Assembly: GCA_043228905.1 (NCBI GenBank)
Contig: JBHGNT010000010.1
Coordinates: 6,324,001 to 6,388,000 of the forward strand
From: Azolla caroliniana
Lineage: Eukaryota; Plantae; Polypodiophyta
Reading direction: 5' to 3'
DNA length: 64,000 nucleotides
In this document: piece by piece, positions 1 through 14,121 of the stretch
How positions within the stretch are numbered: position 1 is the stretch's first letter
Layout: the number at the start of each line of letters is the position of its first letter
Program-made: the position numbers and the translations under genes
Notes under the pieces: model-generated
Told to the model about the DNA's origin: nothing
Seen by the model: the letters and a program-made list of their open reading frames with translations, nothing else
Databases searched by the model: none

Positions 1-388
1 CCACAATTACCTTCAACATGTCATTCCAGTCCATCAAACCGTTCAAGCTGGCTTATTTATGTGAAACATTGACCATCAAGTATGTGACGAATAAAATAAT
101 GCTTCTAGTGTTGCTCCCGAAGCAGCACTAGGACGATGCCATGTTGTCAATCACCACCATTTCATCGTTCGCCACATTGTAAGATAACCCTTTTTCGCAA
201 AAACATTGAGAATAGAAATCCCGTTTCTTTGGCAGTAAGTCGACATTGGTCAGGAGATTTGATAATTCATGTAACATCCCATGGGTTCGGCATTATATGG
301 GATGGTCGCTTATTTTTGTCCTACTGATAGAACAAGGAGTTTTTTTTTTTTTTTTTTCTGTTTTGTTTTTATCTGGGGTGGGGTTGGT

Positions 389-799
389 TGGGCCAAGATG
401 GTCATAATCATGTACACTCGTAATTTGACTTGTTTCTCCGAGGTGGGGGGGGGGGGGGGGGGGAATTGACGATATAAACTCGGGCGGATTAGTTTTTCGG
501 CAATCGTCTCACAACTATTATAAACATGGCGAGTGATTGAGTTGCGATAGGATTCATTATAAACAGTTTGGTTTTTGTTTTCTATAAATAGATGGTTCGG
601 TTCGGTTTCAAGGAAAAGAAACCGAACCGAACCGAACCGAACCGAAACCGAGTCGGACCATTAGCAACTTACCACACACACGTTTCCGTGCTCTTCACGA
701 AACCCTATTCGCTTTTGCCCTAAAATATGTACTACTACTAGCAAACGCCTGCCTACCTCTCTCTGTGCGCCTGCCTGTCTCGTGCCTCAGTAACCCTAA
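389..799 (+). promoter_or_regulatory. Putative cytochrome c promoter motifs: site II-like TGGGCC (389-394) and telo-box-like AAACCCTA (700-707) / AACCCTAA (792-799)
   Basis: Motifs seen upstream of the ATG at 839. Site II plus telo-box combinations are established for plant respiratory and ribosomal gene promoters. The motifs are short, so function is inferred. Confidence 0.3.
560..660. repeat. AACCG/CGGTT-rich repeat (MITE/DNA-transposon subterminal-type)
   Basis: GGTTCGGTTCGGTT followed by (AACCG)n. The same motif class occurs at 9370-9800 and 11990-12540. Confidence 0.45.
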
Positions 800-838
800 T
801 CTGTCTGTCTGTCTGTCTTTCTGTCTTGTCTTCTCGCC

Positions 839-3257
839 ATGGCCAGCTTCGGTGATGCTCCCGCCGGAGATCCCAAATCAGGAGAGAAGATCTTCAAGAC
901 CAAGTGCTCACAGTGCCATGTTGTCGAGAAAGGCGCTGGACACAAGCAAGGTATCTCTCTCCCCCCCACCTTCCCTCCCTCCATTGCTCTCTTCCTCATT
1001 TCTTTCTGCTTTCGCCACAGAATCTGCCTGTCTCTGTCGAAACTGCCTTTCTTTCCGCATCTTTATGTTCTCCAAGGTCGGGACTTTAAATCCTGTACCG
1101 AGAGGTTAATGCTTTCTTTTAGATCAATGTATGGATTATTGATCATCGAAACATATGATGGATCATGGCCTTCTATAGACAGAGGATAATAGTAGAAATC
1201 TGCGTTCTTCTGGATAGCGCATCGTTTCGCTACTGATCTTTGTTGAAACGTTTATTTTTCTTGATTGGTACGCTTCCGAGAGCCCGTTGTCACTTATGTA
1301 CAATGGGGATTGATGCATCCCGAAGTATCAATACATGTATTTGTTTTTATCTTACGTCTCTGTGTTTCTTGGTCTGCCTTGCGAAATGTCTTGGCCTTTG
1401 TCCCGGAGACCAGGCTGTGGAATCTTCATATAAGACCTCTATTTGGTAAACATACATTCTTTCTAGAAGATTCCTCTTGTCTTTCTTGATTTTCCTTCCA
1501 AAATTATGCCATTACCTCTGATAGATCTGTTTCTCAAAATCTGTTTGTGCGAGAATGTTTGTGTCTCTTTTGAATGTCCCCTGCATTCTTCGTTTTCCTT
1601 CGACGGTCGAGCCAGATAATCCACTGGCATAACTGCATGAGAGATGTAATTTATATCCATTAGCTCGCCTCTCAAGATTACGCCATTAACTTTAATAAAC
1701 GATCAAAGTTTTTTAAATCTGTAAACGGGAGACCGTTTATTTCGGTATGGAGGATTATTTTCATGTGCATGCTTTTCTTTCTCTCATAGTTGTATGAAAG
1801 ATATATATGCATATCCATTAGATGAATTATCTGCATATATGGTAATATTCCTTCTGCTGAAGGGTTCAGGATCAGGTTATCGTACAGACAGATGTATGGA
1901 GTTGCATACTCATGTGAGGAACTATGCAAATCACTCAAATTCAATTTTCATGATTGTGGATGTCTTGAGCCAGATGAGTATAAAGAATGTTGAGGAATGG
2001 ATAATGGAATGACATCTGACAAATATGTTTACGATTCAAGAACGTAGATGCATTTTGGAAATAAATATACTGATCATGAATCAAACCATGAACAAAACAG
2101 CCATTTGAGAGCAGAGGAGCTCAGTTCTATTGAATATAAATACCGGTTATTCGATGTGAAAATATGACTAGAATAATATAGGGATCATGAATAAAAAAAA
2201 TGAAAAAATAGCCATTCGGTTTTAAGGAATAGGAAAACTGATTACTTGAATAATTAGAGTCAATTTAAGGAATACGGGGCCGATTATTTGAATATTAAAG
2301 ATTGACTATGTACTAGTGGCTGCAAATCAGCAAGTTTGCTGAGGCAGATGGTGATGTTAATGCATTTGTGTAGCTCTCAAGACTCAAGACTTCAACCATT
2401 TTATCTGAGACAAATAACAATATTGTATTGATTCAGCCTTTCTGCATTAAGCAAAATCTTGGAGCTCTTTTTATGAAAATTCACCTTATTGATAATATTA
2501 TAGCAATTATGGTTTGTTTTAGCAGTGGTTTTAATGACTATGGGTAATAACGAAATTTAAGTTGGTAAGTTTTCAAAGTAATTGTTGGTTCTTTTCAGGT
2601 CCCAACTTGAGTGGTCTTTTCGGTAGGCAGTCAGGAACAGCTGCAGGCTACTCATATTCAACCGCTAACAAGACTAAAGCCGTAATATGGAGTGAAGAAA
2701 CGCTATACGAGTATTTGTTGAACCCAAAGAAGGTGAGATCCTCTTCAAGTTTTGCAATTTCTCTAAAGTTTTTATTCGTTTTTCTAACTGAACTGTAGAG
2801 TGTATTATCATGAATAATGACATGCATTATCATCAGTGACCTGGAATGCAAGAATAGGATGACTCTGGATAAAACTCTATTATGGATGACTTTTGATAGA
2901 AAAAAGATATGATATGTATTCTGATTTTCTTTTGTCATGACATGCATTATAACCACAGACAATTAAAGTGATAGGATGATTAAGAGAGGTGACGAAATGG
3001 TTTTATTTCACGTTTTGCTTTTTGTTCTGTCATGCATTATTGTAACATTTTATTCTTGTTTATTTATGTCATGGCGTGTATTGGCATAAGAGACTAGGGT
3101 CGAGAATGCATATATTTAGAGAGTTCATGTACAATGGTTGATCTTTATCTTTTTTTTGCAGTATATTCCTGGAACAAAGATGGTGTTCCCTGGTTTGAAG
3201 AAGCCCCAAGAACGAACAGACCTCATCTCGTACCTCAAGGCATCCACTGCTGAATGA
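839..3257 (+). CDS. CYTC: Mitochondrial cytochrome c, 3 exons: 839-950, 2599-2732, 3162-3257 (113 aa)
   Basis: Spliced translation [50 protein letters not shown]...[38 protein letters not shown]. It has the CxxCH heme motif and the axial Met in GTKMVF. GT-AG introns have consistent phases. Confidence 0.98.
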
Positions 3258-6200
3258 GAGAGATGATTGCCTCTTTAACTCTTTCAATAACGAAGGAGCA
3301 TTGAATTGAAAATACCGTTTAGAAGTATTTTTCAGAACCCTTTCAATAAACCAAAAATTGTTTGCACAATTTATGCAGGCACACATGCCATGTTTTGATG
3401 TGTGTCCTGTTTGCGGTCATTGGTGACCCTTTGAGTAACTTTTTTCTCTTTTTGATAAGCCATTTTTTCTTGAGCTTACTACATGAAATTACATATCCAT
3501 TTTTTTGTTGTTGCTACAATTGGTTTGATCTTGGATTTTGATGAGTGCTAATGTTTCAGTTTTTGATGTATGTGTTGTGTTTCAAGAAGTTTCAATTAGT
3601 TTGGTGGTCAGGTTCATGCTCAGTAGGTACTGAAGTGATTGAGTTTTGGCTAATCTGAATTAAATTTTTGTGTGAAAAACCTTTTGATTAGCTCTCTGCC
3701 TGTATGATGTGTTTTAAGAACGTAGATCAATCTTAGCTCTAATGGTTGTGTGATTGTGCCTTAATAATGTTGATTACTGAAAGCTGTGAATGTAGAGTTT
3801 CTCTTCTTTAACTAGTTAAAACACTGAGGTCGTGATGAAAGGTGTTGTATGGTTTCATGAAGTAATCTCATTTATGCATGTTTAGGTTTTCCTGATCCTT
3901 TATGCATCTCATTTTCTCATGTTATTTCAAGTTTTTTTATTGATGGTAAATGTAGTTTGATAAGAAAGGTCTGGAAGGTTTGTATGGTTTTATGAAGCAA
4001 ATCCCTTATGGATGTTCTGTGTGCGTCTAGAATTTCTTGACGGTTTATGCATCTCATTTCTCATGTTATTTAAGTAATTTTTATTGCTAATAGAGCTAGT
4101 TTCCAGGACTAGCCATTTTAGTGGATCTATACTGTTTATTACCTTTGACAGTCATATGGTTGGAACTTGGTACAAGTGACTGTTATTTGTATTCAAAGCC
4201 ATCTTGGGTCATTACATTTGACTGTTCTAATTTTGGCACTTAGACTAGCTGCATGCATTTGTGAATTATGATCATCATATGCATATTATCTGACCTCCTT
4301 TGTAGTCGTTTTTCTAGACCTTGTCAAATGAAAAAGCAACATAAATTCCCTACTCTCAAGTTCTATCCTTCAGGGTGTATTCCTACGATATTCTTGGCCA
4401 ATGTGCTAAATTCTTTATCAATGTGAAACCTCTACTTGTCGGGCCTTTTGCAGCTAATCAGCTAAAACTTTTGTGTGGTAGTATTAGCTCCGATTTCTCC
4501 GATTTTCTTGCATAAGTTGTGATGAAAAACATCTTAAAGTTGGTATTAGCTCCAATTCTTCTAACCATCTTGAGTCTTTCATAAGAAATTGTGTTTTAAA
4601 GTTTGGTGTAAGTTCTTATATCGTGTATGATTTATTGATGATTTACTTTTGCATGGTGTGAACTGATTTCATTCAAGATAATAATATATTTTGTATGAAA
4701 AGAAATGCAAAATGTAGCAGGTTATTGATTTCTCACCAAATGTAAATAAATGCGAAAACCTAACGAGCAAACTTGCAACACATGTCCCCCTCTAGTCTCA
4801 TGCTATTGTAATCACCATAAGGAGCAGTATAATTTAAGTAGCCAATAAATAAAACTAAGGTCAGGTTTGCTCACTTAATAGTGTGAGATTTGCGAACTTA
4901 TTAATCTCTCTTAGGGTCCTTAGGTCTATTGCATGAGAGAGAATATTGAACTTGTGGCAAACGGAACAATAGGGAAAACTAGAGACAATAAATAGAAAAG
5001 AAGTAGCCAACTGTTTTATAAATTATGAATACCATAAAAGTGCACTTTATGGAACACAAACCTTACACAATAATACCACCAACTTTAAGGTAATTAGAAC
5101 GGTCAATAAAATTGAAAGAAAATGATCAAACAAAGTGAAGGGGATTATAAAGAGGAGAGTAGAGAAAGAGAACGCCCATTTTCTCCACACTTTTTCTTCC
5201 ATTGTTTCTAGGTAAATCATAGGCATGGAGGAGACACATATTATTGTCACTAGACCTACATGACTAAAATAGAATTTTATTGCTGGTGCAAAATATATAA
5301 GTTTAACCATATCCAATTAATGGTTGTTGCTTAAGGGCTTTCTTATGCTTAAAGTAGAGAATAGATATATATTTGTATGCATATGTATATATGCCTATTG
5401 TTGGCAAAGAAGTCTAACTTGGAGATGCTGTGCAAGGTCGGCACATTGGGTAATTGATGGTGGGATGCTTACTAGATGGAAATGAATGTTGTTTTTTTAG
5501 TATGAAGTATCATGTATATAGCCCAACCTAGTATGAGCTCTCCAAGCCCATGTATATATGTATGTATGTACACACACACACACACACATGATACACACGA
5601 CACATACATATATATGTACATGATGGAACTTTGGGTTTGGATTGGAGCTGACATTTTTGGAGCTTCATAGAGTAAGAGAGAACTCTTGTAAGGGATCTTG
5701 TACTTGTTAGTGTGAACATATGAGTTGTCATCTTCAACGTTGGGGATTGAATCCATGGGTTTTGTCATTATGTCTTTGAATGTTGTGTTATACTCATGAC
5801 CTTGCCATTGTTAATCTTGTTCTTTACCATAGTTGTGGCGTAGTATATTTAGGTTTTGAGGGTTAGGTAAAATGATGGGTTATCCTAACTCCAATAGGTG
5901 GCCTCAAAGAAAGGGGAGGAGAGTATGGATAAAATGTGGTCACACACAAAATTCGCCCTATTTAAGGTTCAAATTCCAAGGTTTGTTTGATGTGGAGGTT
6001 GTATGAGATATAAGGGAAGGATCAACTAATTCAGCCACTTCCACAAAAAGGATTGACTAAACATCACCCTGTTATACATAGAGATGTATGTGGAGCACTT
6101 ATCAATGAAGAAACCCATAGAAAGTTTATGGACATGAGTTTTCTATGGGTTTCTTCATTGAGTAGTGTGGTCCCATAGGAAGTCAGAGTAATTCTCAATG

Positions 6201-6649
6201 CAGAAGTTTGTAGTCCCATAGGAAGTCAGAACAAGGCTCGAGGACAACCAATGAAGGAGAATAAAAGGATGAGAGTTAGTGGATAGTAAAAATTCCCTAT
6301 GTGAAAATAATGAATGCATACATGTGCTCACCCTTCTTGGTGGACATTTGAGTAGGACACTGACATTAATATACCGATCTAACAATTCATCATATTTCTT
6401 GTGACTTACCTTATATGCTGACATGTGATAAGTAAGAAATATTCATCCTCCATTAGGTTTTTATTTCATACCTTGCAAATCTTCATATTTGGGGGATGAT
6501 GTCATTATGCTACCTCAACACCTAACTTGTGTGAGTGAGTTCGAAGAAGTGTTACCTTGGATATCTTCATATTTGGGTGATAATGTCATTATGCTACCTC
6601 AACACCTAACTTGTGTGAGCAAATTCGAAGAAGTGTTATGACTTTTAAG

Positions 6650-9300
6650 AGAGAAGCCTCATGGGGGTAGTGAGATTCAATTGGATACGTTCAAGCATTT
6701 TTACCTTGTGTTGGGGACAACATTGGGGGTTAGTATTTTCAATGTAATATTCCAATTTTGACACTTTAGCATCTTGCCACTTCATAACTAGTGTGCCTAA
6801 TAATCTATCATCGATGACCACATACATCATAGCATCACCTGAGAGCTCCAAAACATCTTCACTACCCATCCTTGAAACCCAACTAGATGAGAGGATTCAC
6901 TCTTATTAATTCTTTGTACCTTGCATCTTATGTCCTAAACTTGTTTTGGCAATCCATGATCAAGTATATTCTTGACTTTTACGAAATACTACTAAGTATA
7001 CTCTAGGGGTTGACTGCTAGTTTTTAATAACATGATAAGGTACGATGTTGAGGATTTTACCCCCAATTGTCTACGTAAGTTGTAAGAAGAATTTTTGAAT
7101 TTCCTCTATCTCATTCCATGCACTAAGTGATATAATGTCACCCCCACACTTCCACTCCATAAACTTGTGACACTTGAACCATCATAGCATTGAATAACAT
7201 CAATCTCACTTCTCATTGTAGAATATCACTTTGGTTTCATTGATCCTCAAACAATAACTATTCTAACCCACTTGAAGTCTCGATTCATAGGATACTTTCC
7301 ATCTATTTGTTGATGGGACACTAATTGTCCATCTATTTGTCGAAAACTTTCTTGTAGTTAACAAAACAACAATATAATGTTTTCCCTTGAAGTTGACTTT
7401 CTTCCCTGATAACTCTGTAACCAATGATTGGTAGTTGAATGCTTAAAGTCTAAATCCTGCTTGACCAAGTGCTCATTTGCGATGATGTTCAACTCACGAG
7501 CTAATATTTTGTTCTATGATAATGCCATATAACTTGGTCATAAATGAGCTAACTATTATAGTTTGAGAGATGAGCCTTGCATCCTTCATCAAACCAAATG
7601 TTTAATGGGAAGCTAAGAATTCTATGTCCACGGTCCACCCACACGTGCATTAAAAATATTGATATCCTACCTTGGGAATGACATCCTTCAAGTTCTCCTG
7701 ATTTGTTTTTCATATCATCACAAATGGGAGGGGTTCCTGGCATAACTCTCAACCTCATTTGCATATAGATTAGTTTTTCCATACCAAGGTTGCATAATGT
7801 ACCACTGTTCCTTTTGTAATCTAATGCATTGGTCAATATGTGAGTTTTTGGTTGCAACATGCAAGTATAAGGGCTTGTGATTTGAGTCGGGTGACAATGG
7901 GCTACAATTTAATGTATTCACTATGGATGCACCATATTCTTTCACCAATACATAGTCAAGTACACTTCCTCCTCTCGAATCAATAAGACATCTGAAACAT
8001 TTGCCATTGGAAACACATGGGTACAATTGAGAATATGCAAATTTGCGTATTCTTTCACCAATACATAGTCAAGTACACTTCCTCCTCTCGAATCAAGAAG
8101 ACATCTCAAACATTTGCCACTGGAAACACATGGGTACAATTGAGAATATGCAAATTTGTGTATTTAAGAATATGTGTGAGAAGCCTACCATAATCTTACA
8201 TAATATAATCTTCTTGAGCACATAGAAAATTTGAAACCATGACATTATTATCGACTTCCACATTTTGATAAGTTCCAACTCTAACATTAAAATCTCGCGC
8301 AACCAACGCTTTTCCAATCTTGTCAATGTAAGAATGTCAACACATACATTAGAAAAAGGATCCTCATGATCTAGCTGATACAAATTATAGTAGTTGGTTT
8401 ATCTTGACATGATGTTACTTCAACCCACATCTATCTTTTGTATTCATCATACTTACATACTCATATGTAGTTTTCCAATCCCTCACAATAAATACATGTC
8501 ACTCCTGGTCACCCAATATTACTTCTAGTGTGAGGCCATTGAGATTTTATGGTATTAAGTATACACTTGGCATCATGTTTTGAAGTTTCAACCAGAAGAA
8601 TAATATCTATATCATGACCGTCAATATTAGATATACACTTAGCTTCATGTTTCAAAGTTTCAACTAGAAGAATAATATCTATATCATAACCATCAATATT
8701 AGGTGTACACTTGGCTTCATGTTCTGAAGTGTCAACTAGAAGAATAATATCTATATATCGTGAGCTACATCACTCAACCCAAAGTCTTTATTCCAAGGAT
8801 ATATTCTACAAATCCAAAACATGATTTACAAACTTGAGGCAATCCCTTAGGAAGTTATTGTTCGGGGTTTTCTCGAACCTTAAACATGTACTTAACCATC
8901 CATGATCTCAACAAGAAGTGATCGAGTTCAAAGAAGTAACAACATCTGTGGTGTTTGTAGCTTGACTTGATGAAAATATTTTCAAGTAGTTTCAGAGCCT
9001 TTCCAAGTTAACTTAGGGATGAAGCTACCAATGTTGAATGTCCATGCTAGAGTTAAGGGATGCGATTGACCCATACTTCAACTCGATAGAGAAGCACCAA
9101 GTTTTACTAGAGCGTCAATAGGATATTACCTAAACCTTGTAAGGTGTCAAATAGCTAGCTCATTGTGGGAACGCAAATGCAAGGATTGTTTGACCATGTT
9201 TTGAGTCTCGACGAGCATGGCTTTCAAATGCTGTGATCTACGGGGCCAAAGCCTTAATCTGAGCCTATGGTTGGCTCTTGGATCCATTACCAGGGCAAGA
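6650..9300 (-). mobile_element. Decayed RTE-like LINE (endonuclease and RT/C-terminal remnants)
   Basis: ORF fragments GGSVLDYVLV...SPDSNHKPL (APE endonuclease end) and NIWFDEGCK. It resembles the LINE at 45.7-50.2 kb. There are many stops and internal duplications, and the boundaries are approximate. Confidence 0.75.
7935..8160. repeat. Tandem duplication, ~113-bp period, inside LINE remnant
   Basis: TATTCTTTCACCAATACATAGTCAAG... occurs at ~7935 and ~8048 with a few mismatches. Confidence 0.85.
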
Positions 9301-9369
9301 CTTTATGAATCCAATTGGGGGCTCTTTCACATCTATGACTCTGATCAAACCATCAATAGATAGCTATAG

Positions 9370-9800
9370 GCTCGGTTCAGCTCAAGCGGAACCGAACTAT
9401 TAAGCCATGGTTTATCGGTTCAAACTAGTTAAATGGTTTGGGGTATTAATAAATGGTTCAGACTTAAGTTTTAGGTCAGTTTGGTTTTAAAACTCCGGGT
9501 TTATTGGTTTATAGATTCAAGTGGTTTGATTTAAAGGTCTATAGGTTTATGGTTAACTTTTTTTTTACCTTGAATGGTTTAACTAATATGTATTTTTTAT
9601 TGATTTAATACATATATTAAACTTAAATGCTTATTTAATTTTTTAATTAGTTGGACTTAAATGCTTAGGATTAAATTTTTATTAAATGGTTCGTTTTGGT
9701 TTAAATGATTTGGTGTAAACGGCTTGAGAGTGTATAAACGGTTTGGTTTGGTTTTTGTTTGATATAAACGGTTTGGTTCACGGACACTGAACCGACTCCA
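9370..9800. mobile_element. Non-autonomous DNA transposon/MITE-like element with GGTTT/AACCG repeats
   Basis: AT-rich core with many GGTTT/GGTTC/AACCG motifs directly upstream of the TMEM42-like gene. TIR and TSD were not resolved. Confidence 0.4.
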
Positions 9801-9801
9801 T

Positions 9802-9840
9802 AGAACAGAGAACAGAGAACAGAGAACAGAGAACAGAGAG
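9802..9840 (+). repeat. (AGAACAG)n heptamer microsatellite near the gene 5' end
   Basis: About 5 tandem AGAACAG units ending ~25 nt before ATG 9866. Confidence 0.85.
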
Positions 9841-9865
9841 CAGAGAAGAGGAGCAGGGGCAGAGA

Positions 9866-11137
9866 ATGTTGGATGGGTGGTTGTGGGCCATCGCCGCAGG
9901 TTCCTCCGCCGCCATATCTGCTGTTCTTGCAAAGCTTCTCTCCCCTCAGGTACAAGGAGAAGGAAAGAAGATTGCATTTCACCTCTTCCTCTTTGTAGGG
10001 AATCCATGGAGAAACAGACAGATTTTCCGTTTCGATCCTTTCCTTTTGTGCTTTATATAGAATCCCATCTTTCCCTCGTCTGCCTACCGTTTTTCCGCAT
10101 CTTCTTCCCCTCTGATTGGATCTTTCTATCCATGATTCTGATTCCTTTTCCTATTCTTATATGCAGGTTCCTGCTCTTCTGAGGGTTTGTGGCTATGGCG
10201 GCGTTGTCCTTCTCAATGTCTTGATGTGGAGTTTCTATGTCAAGAGTCTAAAAGCTCTTACTTCTCTGCAAGCCACATCTGTAAATTTTGCTTCAAATTT
10301 CCTCGTTTCTGGACTTGCTGGATACATTTGTTTCTCTGAAGATCTACATTTTCGGGTAAAATCCTCTGTCTTGTAAGCGTAACCCGCATTTTGACATAGT
10401 CAGATTATAAAAGCCTAACGCATATATAATGCAGGATCTCGAAGAATTTCCCATATAAAACATCTCATAGGATTATATCTTGACATGGTTTCCATACAAT
10501 GGATATCTATAGTAGGATCATGAAACATTTTTGAAAAGATCATGGCCTAGTTTCCAGAAAATTGATATTTGAAGCAGAATTATGAATCATTCTTGACATG
10601 GTTTCTATATGAACGCACAGAAAGAACAATGCACTGGATATATAAAGTAGGATAATGCAATATTCTTTACATAGTGTCTATACAAAAACATACAGAAAGG
10701 ATCATGGGTTAATTTCCAGAGGATGGATATATACAGTTGGAACATGAAACATTCTGGACATAGTTTCACAAAAACAGAGGAAGTATCATGGATTAATTTC
10801 CATCCAGTCAGATATAAAATAGGACCATCAATCATATGTAGTCTCCATACAACTTGATGTGTAAAGTAGGAGATGAAGCTTTTTTGGTATAATTTCTAAA
10901 CAAACACATAAGAATTAATTTTCGTACAAGTGGATTTATAAAGTAAGATGATGAAGGTCTTTTTTTTGACATAGTTTCCATACAAACACAGAAAGGATAA
11001 TGGATCGACGTATGACTTAAATCTAACAAAATGCAGTTTCTATTATGCAGTGGTTTGTGGGAGCCTTTCTCATTGTTTCAGGAATTTTGTTGCTGAGCCA
11101 TGCAGACAAACAAAAAGAGCATGCCAAATCAAATTAG
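9866..11137 (+). CDS. TMEM42-like / EamA(DMT)-superfamily small 4-TM membrane protein, 3 exons: 9866-9949, 10167-10355, 11051-11137 (119 aa)
   Basis: Spliced MLDGWLWAIAAGSSAAISAVLAKLLSPQ/VPALLRVCGYGGVVLLNVLMWSFYVKSLKALTSLQATSVNFASNFLVSGLAGYICFSEDLHFR/WFVGAFLIVSGILLLSHADKQKEHAKSN*. The NxxMW...AT.VNFA.NF..SG..G...F.E pattern is typical of TMEM42. Introns are phase-0 GT-AG. Confidence 0.9.
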
Positions 11138-11989
11138 TCATCTTATAACCAAATTTTCTAAAATTAACTTCATAAATTTAGAATTATGTCAATGCTAGAA
11201 AATATGGATAGCATGTATTGCATTGACTGCTAGTATGGCCCTGTAACAATGATATGCTTTATGAGAAGATAATGGTTTTGAAACAGAATATGGCCTAGTT
11301 ATTAGGGTAATGCTTGTATATAACTTGATGTTATGAGAAGAAAATGGTTCCACAACAAAATTGTTTAGTTGTAAATTTGGGTGTTCTATAATGTGTATTG
11401 TGATGCATTAACCTGTGATGGCACATGTAAATGTGGTGTTAAGAGATTAATAACTACTAGAATAATTTGGTGCATCTAAATGATCATTGATAACCTACTG
11501 AAGCTGCAACATGATGGTACTAAACATTCATATTGTGAGATTGTATAGTGCCATCGTTTGATATGACTATAGTTTATTGCCCTAAGTTTGATATTCCATT
11601 TTATGACAAAATCATTAGCTTGCACATGAGGTGCATCTAGTTTCGTATCTATTGGCTTTTGTCGCAGCTTTCTTTAACTTGATTGTAGGAGATCGGATAA
11701 TGATATGATATTAATGCCGTCGCAGAGCTAAAGGTGCCCATCGGACCTCCCTACATTCCACTGTAATCAAAATGCAAGATAATGCCCACACATCATCTCT
11801 TGTGTGATTGCAAAATATGAAGAAGCATCAACCTAAATCTCTACCTAAGATTTGTGAATGCGAAATTTAACTAAACATAACTATCCAAATTTAAGCAAAT
11901 TTAAGGGGTCGAATAACAAGAAGGGAAAATGAAATGTTGAAATGGTAACTAAGCCTATTTCCTAGTTCCACCATTTGTTTTAACAATTG

Positions 11990-12540
11990 GCAATGGTTCA
12001 ATTTGGTTCAAGAGTGTCAAACTCAAAACTGTTTAAAAATTTTGAAGCAAAAGTGAATTGAACCATGAAATTGCTTATACTAAAATGATTTAAATTGAAT
12101 CCACTCAAATTGAACCATTACAAAAAATCCAAGCTCAAAACCTAACAGATTTAGAGATTTTAAAACTGTTATAATTGTGGTTTTGTGGTTCGGTTTTGTT
12201 TTCTAAGTTAAGGTCAAAATTCAAAATTTTAAAATTTTAAAAATTTAAATATATATTTTTGAAATTCAAAATTTTTATTATTTTTCTTAAAATGTCAAAA
12301 TTAGGCTTAAAAATTAGAAGGTTGTTAAAAAATATCAGAAATATGTATTTAAGAATATAATCAAGGGTTTAAACGGTTAAGTTCAATGATATGATTCAGT
12401 TCAATTCAGTTTGAGTTTTTCGGAACCGAAAATCGTTTGGCCAAGAATAACTACTACTGAATTGAACTGAATCATATCGTTGACCTTGAACTGAACCGAA
12501 CCGAACCAAACTGTTAAGCTGCAGCTCGGTTTTAGTTTGT
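11990..12540. mobile_element. MITE-like AT-rich element with AACCG/GGTTC repeats
   Basis: TGAACC/GGTTCA/AACCGAACCGAACC motifs around an AT-rich core. Termini were not resolved. Confidence 0.4.
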
Positions 12541-13788
12541 TGATGATTGCTAATTTGGATCCTCTCCTCGAGTTTTGGACATGATTGAAGATAATTCTTG
12601 GAAATCATGCCTAATGTCATGTTTTGTAAATTTATGAAGCAAATATAACTGTATGATTGGATGATGATGAGATGGAGCCTATAGAAACTTCCTTGATAAG
12701 CTGTCCTTCATAATATGACTTTTTGGTGGTAGTCCGTGTCCAAAGCATCGCGGATTATATATATAATATATATGGCACAATATAAAGAGACGGTAGAAAC
12801 AAATTATACATCTCTCTTCGTACCATTTTTATGGGAAAATTAAGAGGTAAGTTTTTATGGTTTTAAGGGCATTTTAGGAATTGGGGCAACTGGCATAATG
12901 TCATGACATATGGCAAAATGCAATTACATGAGGGCCTGAGGTTGGAAGTTATAAGAATATCGCCATCTACATCCCACTCAACAGAATATCACCTAAGATC
13001 ATACCTCAGATGTAATCACCCTCAAATTATGATGCAAAACATCCATATGCTCAAAGAAAATACATGTAGAAGGTGTTTAGCAAAACCGACTGTACATTAA
13101 CCAATTCATGAAGTTTGTGAGACACCGAAACAAATTTTTGATTTTGCGAGAAGATCACACTACTTTAGAATGGGATGAAACAGTTTTTCTCCCAACAATT
13201 CTTTAGTAAAAATTATAAAGAATGGTTCAAGAGGAAATATTTAGATATCCATGATTGGAAAACTTTCTAAATATCTAGTAGATGAAGGATATGACAATTT
13301 AGTTTGGATTACTTCACTTGCATGTAACTTGATCTATTTCTTAGGTGGGCATTGGGAAATTCCCAAATGTTATAAGGTGACATTTAGATTACTTGGAATC
13401 TATAATGTTGGATGTTGATCATAAAGGCTCCATCACCAATGCCAAGAATCTACATCATGTGCGAGAGGAGGATTGCCCCAACATAGAATTTAATAATGTA
13501 ACACAACCATGCCATTGTTAAGTGCAAAAGTTGTGTAAAAATCCTTAATACTATGCTTACACAACTCTTGCCCTTAACCATAGCAAAGCAAAAAAGATTC
13601 TCTATGACACGAAGTCTTCATCAACCCCTTCTTTCCAATTAGACGCAATAGCGTTGGCCATTTACAATTACAGAAATCAATTGAGTTTCTCAAAACTACA
13701 ATTGAAGAACTGCAAATTTTTCTTCCATAACAAGACGTGAAATCAGTCAGCCTTAGGTTTGATTGTTTTTTTTTCAAATTTCTTTCAA

Positions 13789-14121
13789 AGTCACTTCCTA
13801 GTGACACTGGAACTGTCAAAAAATAAAACAATTGCATAGTAATTGGCTTATTGGCATGAATGCGGAAGGTTAAATATAAAGCACACACGGATGAGCGGAC
13901 AGTAAAAAGTTACTAAAAACAAGTCAATGGACCACAATTAGTAAGTATTACCGGCCAAATTCCTTTCCGAGTCACTTCCTAGAGACACTAGAACTGTCAG
14001 AAAATAAAACAATTGCATAGTAATTGGCTTATTGGCATGAATGCTGAAGGTTAAACATAAAGCACACGCAGATGAATGGACAGTAAAAAGTTACTAAAAA
14101 CAAGTCAATGGACGACAATTA
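13789..14121. repeat. Tandem duplication, ~180-bp period
   Basis: AGTCACTTCCTAG...CAAGTCAATGGAC occurs twice with few substitutions, downstream of VTI1. Confidence 0.85.

Noticed and set aside
339-463. Poly-T and poly-G tracts as regulatory elements
   Set aside because: Simple homopolymers with uncertain length and no further support.
839-1189. 116-aa single-exon cytochrome c ORF
   Set aside because: It reads through the intron 1 donor at 951. The true protein is spliced.
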